A stretch of 62,560 nt of DNA, the filler included, from Basidiobolus meristosporus CBS 931.73 (Eukaryota; Fungi; Basidiobolomycota): NCBI GenBank assembly GCA_002104905.1. It is 4 parts of 4 records of this genome, joined end to end, with 100 filler letters (N's around TTAATTAATTAA, not from the genome) between each part and the next. Parts side by side here need not be neighbours in the genome. Positions count along the whole stretch, not along the records: positions 57,974 to 62,560 come from MCFE01001362.1; 3 more parts are not named here. The stretch is one strand, 5' to 3'. Position numbers and translations under genes: made by a program. Positions 61,701-62,560 of this stretch are shown one piece after another (position 1 is the first letter of the stretch; every line of letters begins with the position of its first letter). The notes beneath the pieces are model-generated. The model was given only the letters and a program-made list of their open reading frames with translations. It searched no databases and was not told the origin of the DNA.

Positions 61701-62560
61701 AAAATACAATGCTGATGGTACAATTGAAAGATACAAAGCAAGACTTGTAGCCAAAGGATACTCTCAAACAAAAGGACTTGACTATACTGCGACCTTTGCA
61801 CTGGTAGCCAAGTTTAATTCCATCAGATTAATATTGGCTATTGCAGCCAAATATAAGTTTTTTATACATCAAATGGATGTAAAAACTGCATTTTTGAATG
61901 GAGAACTTGATGAGGACGTGTATATGGACCAGCCTGATGGGTTTGTTGACCAAAATAACCCCCATTTGGTCTGCAAGCTTAAAAAGTCACTATATGGTCT
62001 CAAACAATCACCAAGAGCCTGGAATTGCAAGATAGATTCTTATTTGGAATCTTTGAGTTTCAAAAGGAGTAATGCTGACTATAGTATATACTATAAGCCA
62101 GATAGAGCAAATCCAGTTCTATTAGCTATATATGCGGATGATCTTATTATAGCCACCAATAACCTAGAAACATTGGAAGAGACTAAATCCAGCCTATCTA
62201 AGGAGTTCAAGATGTCCAATCTAGGAGAACTTAGTTACTACTTAGGGATTAAGTTCTCCATAGACAGAAGTACCCAGACTATCACCCTAAGTCAATCCAA
62301 GTATATTCAAGATATACTAAACAAGTACAAAATGGAAGACTGTAAACCGGCAGCTACCCCAATGGAGACAAACCTTAACTTGGTCAAAACTCAACCAAAT
62401 CAAGAGAGCTTGGTGCCATCTGAAAGCCCTGACTTTCCTTATCAATCTATGGTCGGCAGTCTGATGTATACTATGCTTGGAACATGTCCAGATATATCAT
62501 ATTCAGTGGAGTTGTCAGCCAACATAATCAGAACTATGGATCTGATCATATTGCAGCAGT
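58773..62560 (+). mobile_element. Ty1/copia element (5' LTR 58773-59106, PBS 59107-59118, gag-pol with several frameshifts), runs off the window
   Basis: TGTTG...CAACA LTR; gag-PR ORF 59111-60490 with WYIDSGASQH; HSDLCGP and SDNGGEY integrase; RT downstream. Confidence 0.96.

Overview
Fungal genomic DNA (short GT-AG introns, Zn2Cys6 factor, Vps16); the species cannot be named from sequence alone. Three 100-nt scaffold spacers (44 N + TTAATTAATTAA + 44 N) split the window into four contigs, so adjacency across them is unproven. (1) 0.9-13 kb is a CpG-rich gene block: Zn2Cys6 transcription factor, two small secreted Gly-rich proteins, multi-exon VPS16 and a LEU5-like mitochondrial carrier. (2) 15.1-38.9 kb and 58-62.5 kb are nested, mostly decayed, CpG-depleted Ty1/copia and Ty3/gypsy elements. 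(3) 38992-57873 is the main finding: a tandem array (unit about 0.9 kb) of intronless genes, each encoding a 55-76 aa prepropeptide of 19-aa signal + 15-aa pro region ending KR + ONE 14-aa core DLHDFCGGWFCGHV + KR + variable tail. I count 17 intact Cys-core genes (two are under 60 aa and absent from the ORF track), one Cys-free core variant, one nonsense chimeric pseudogene, one 5'-truncated copy and three tail-only relics. The core is conserved at protein level through synonymous change. Kex2-type cleavage would release a putative disulfide-looped (C-GGWF-C) peptide starting Asp-Xaa-His, an ATCUN Cu/Ni-binding motif. Both gene lineages share a TTC-N3-GAA element 13 nt upstream of a TATA-like box. 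I do not recognise the peptide; its function is unknown.
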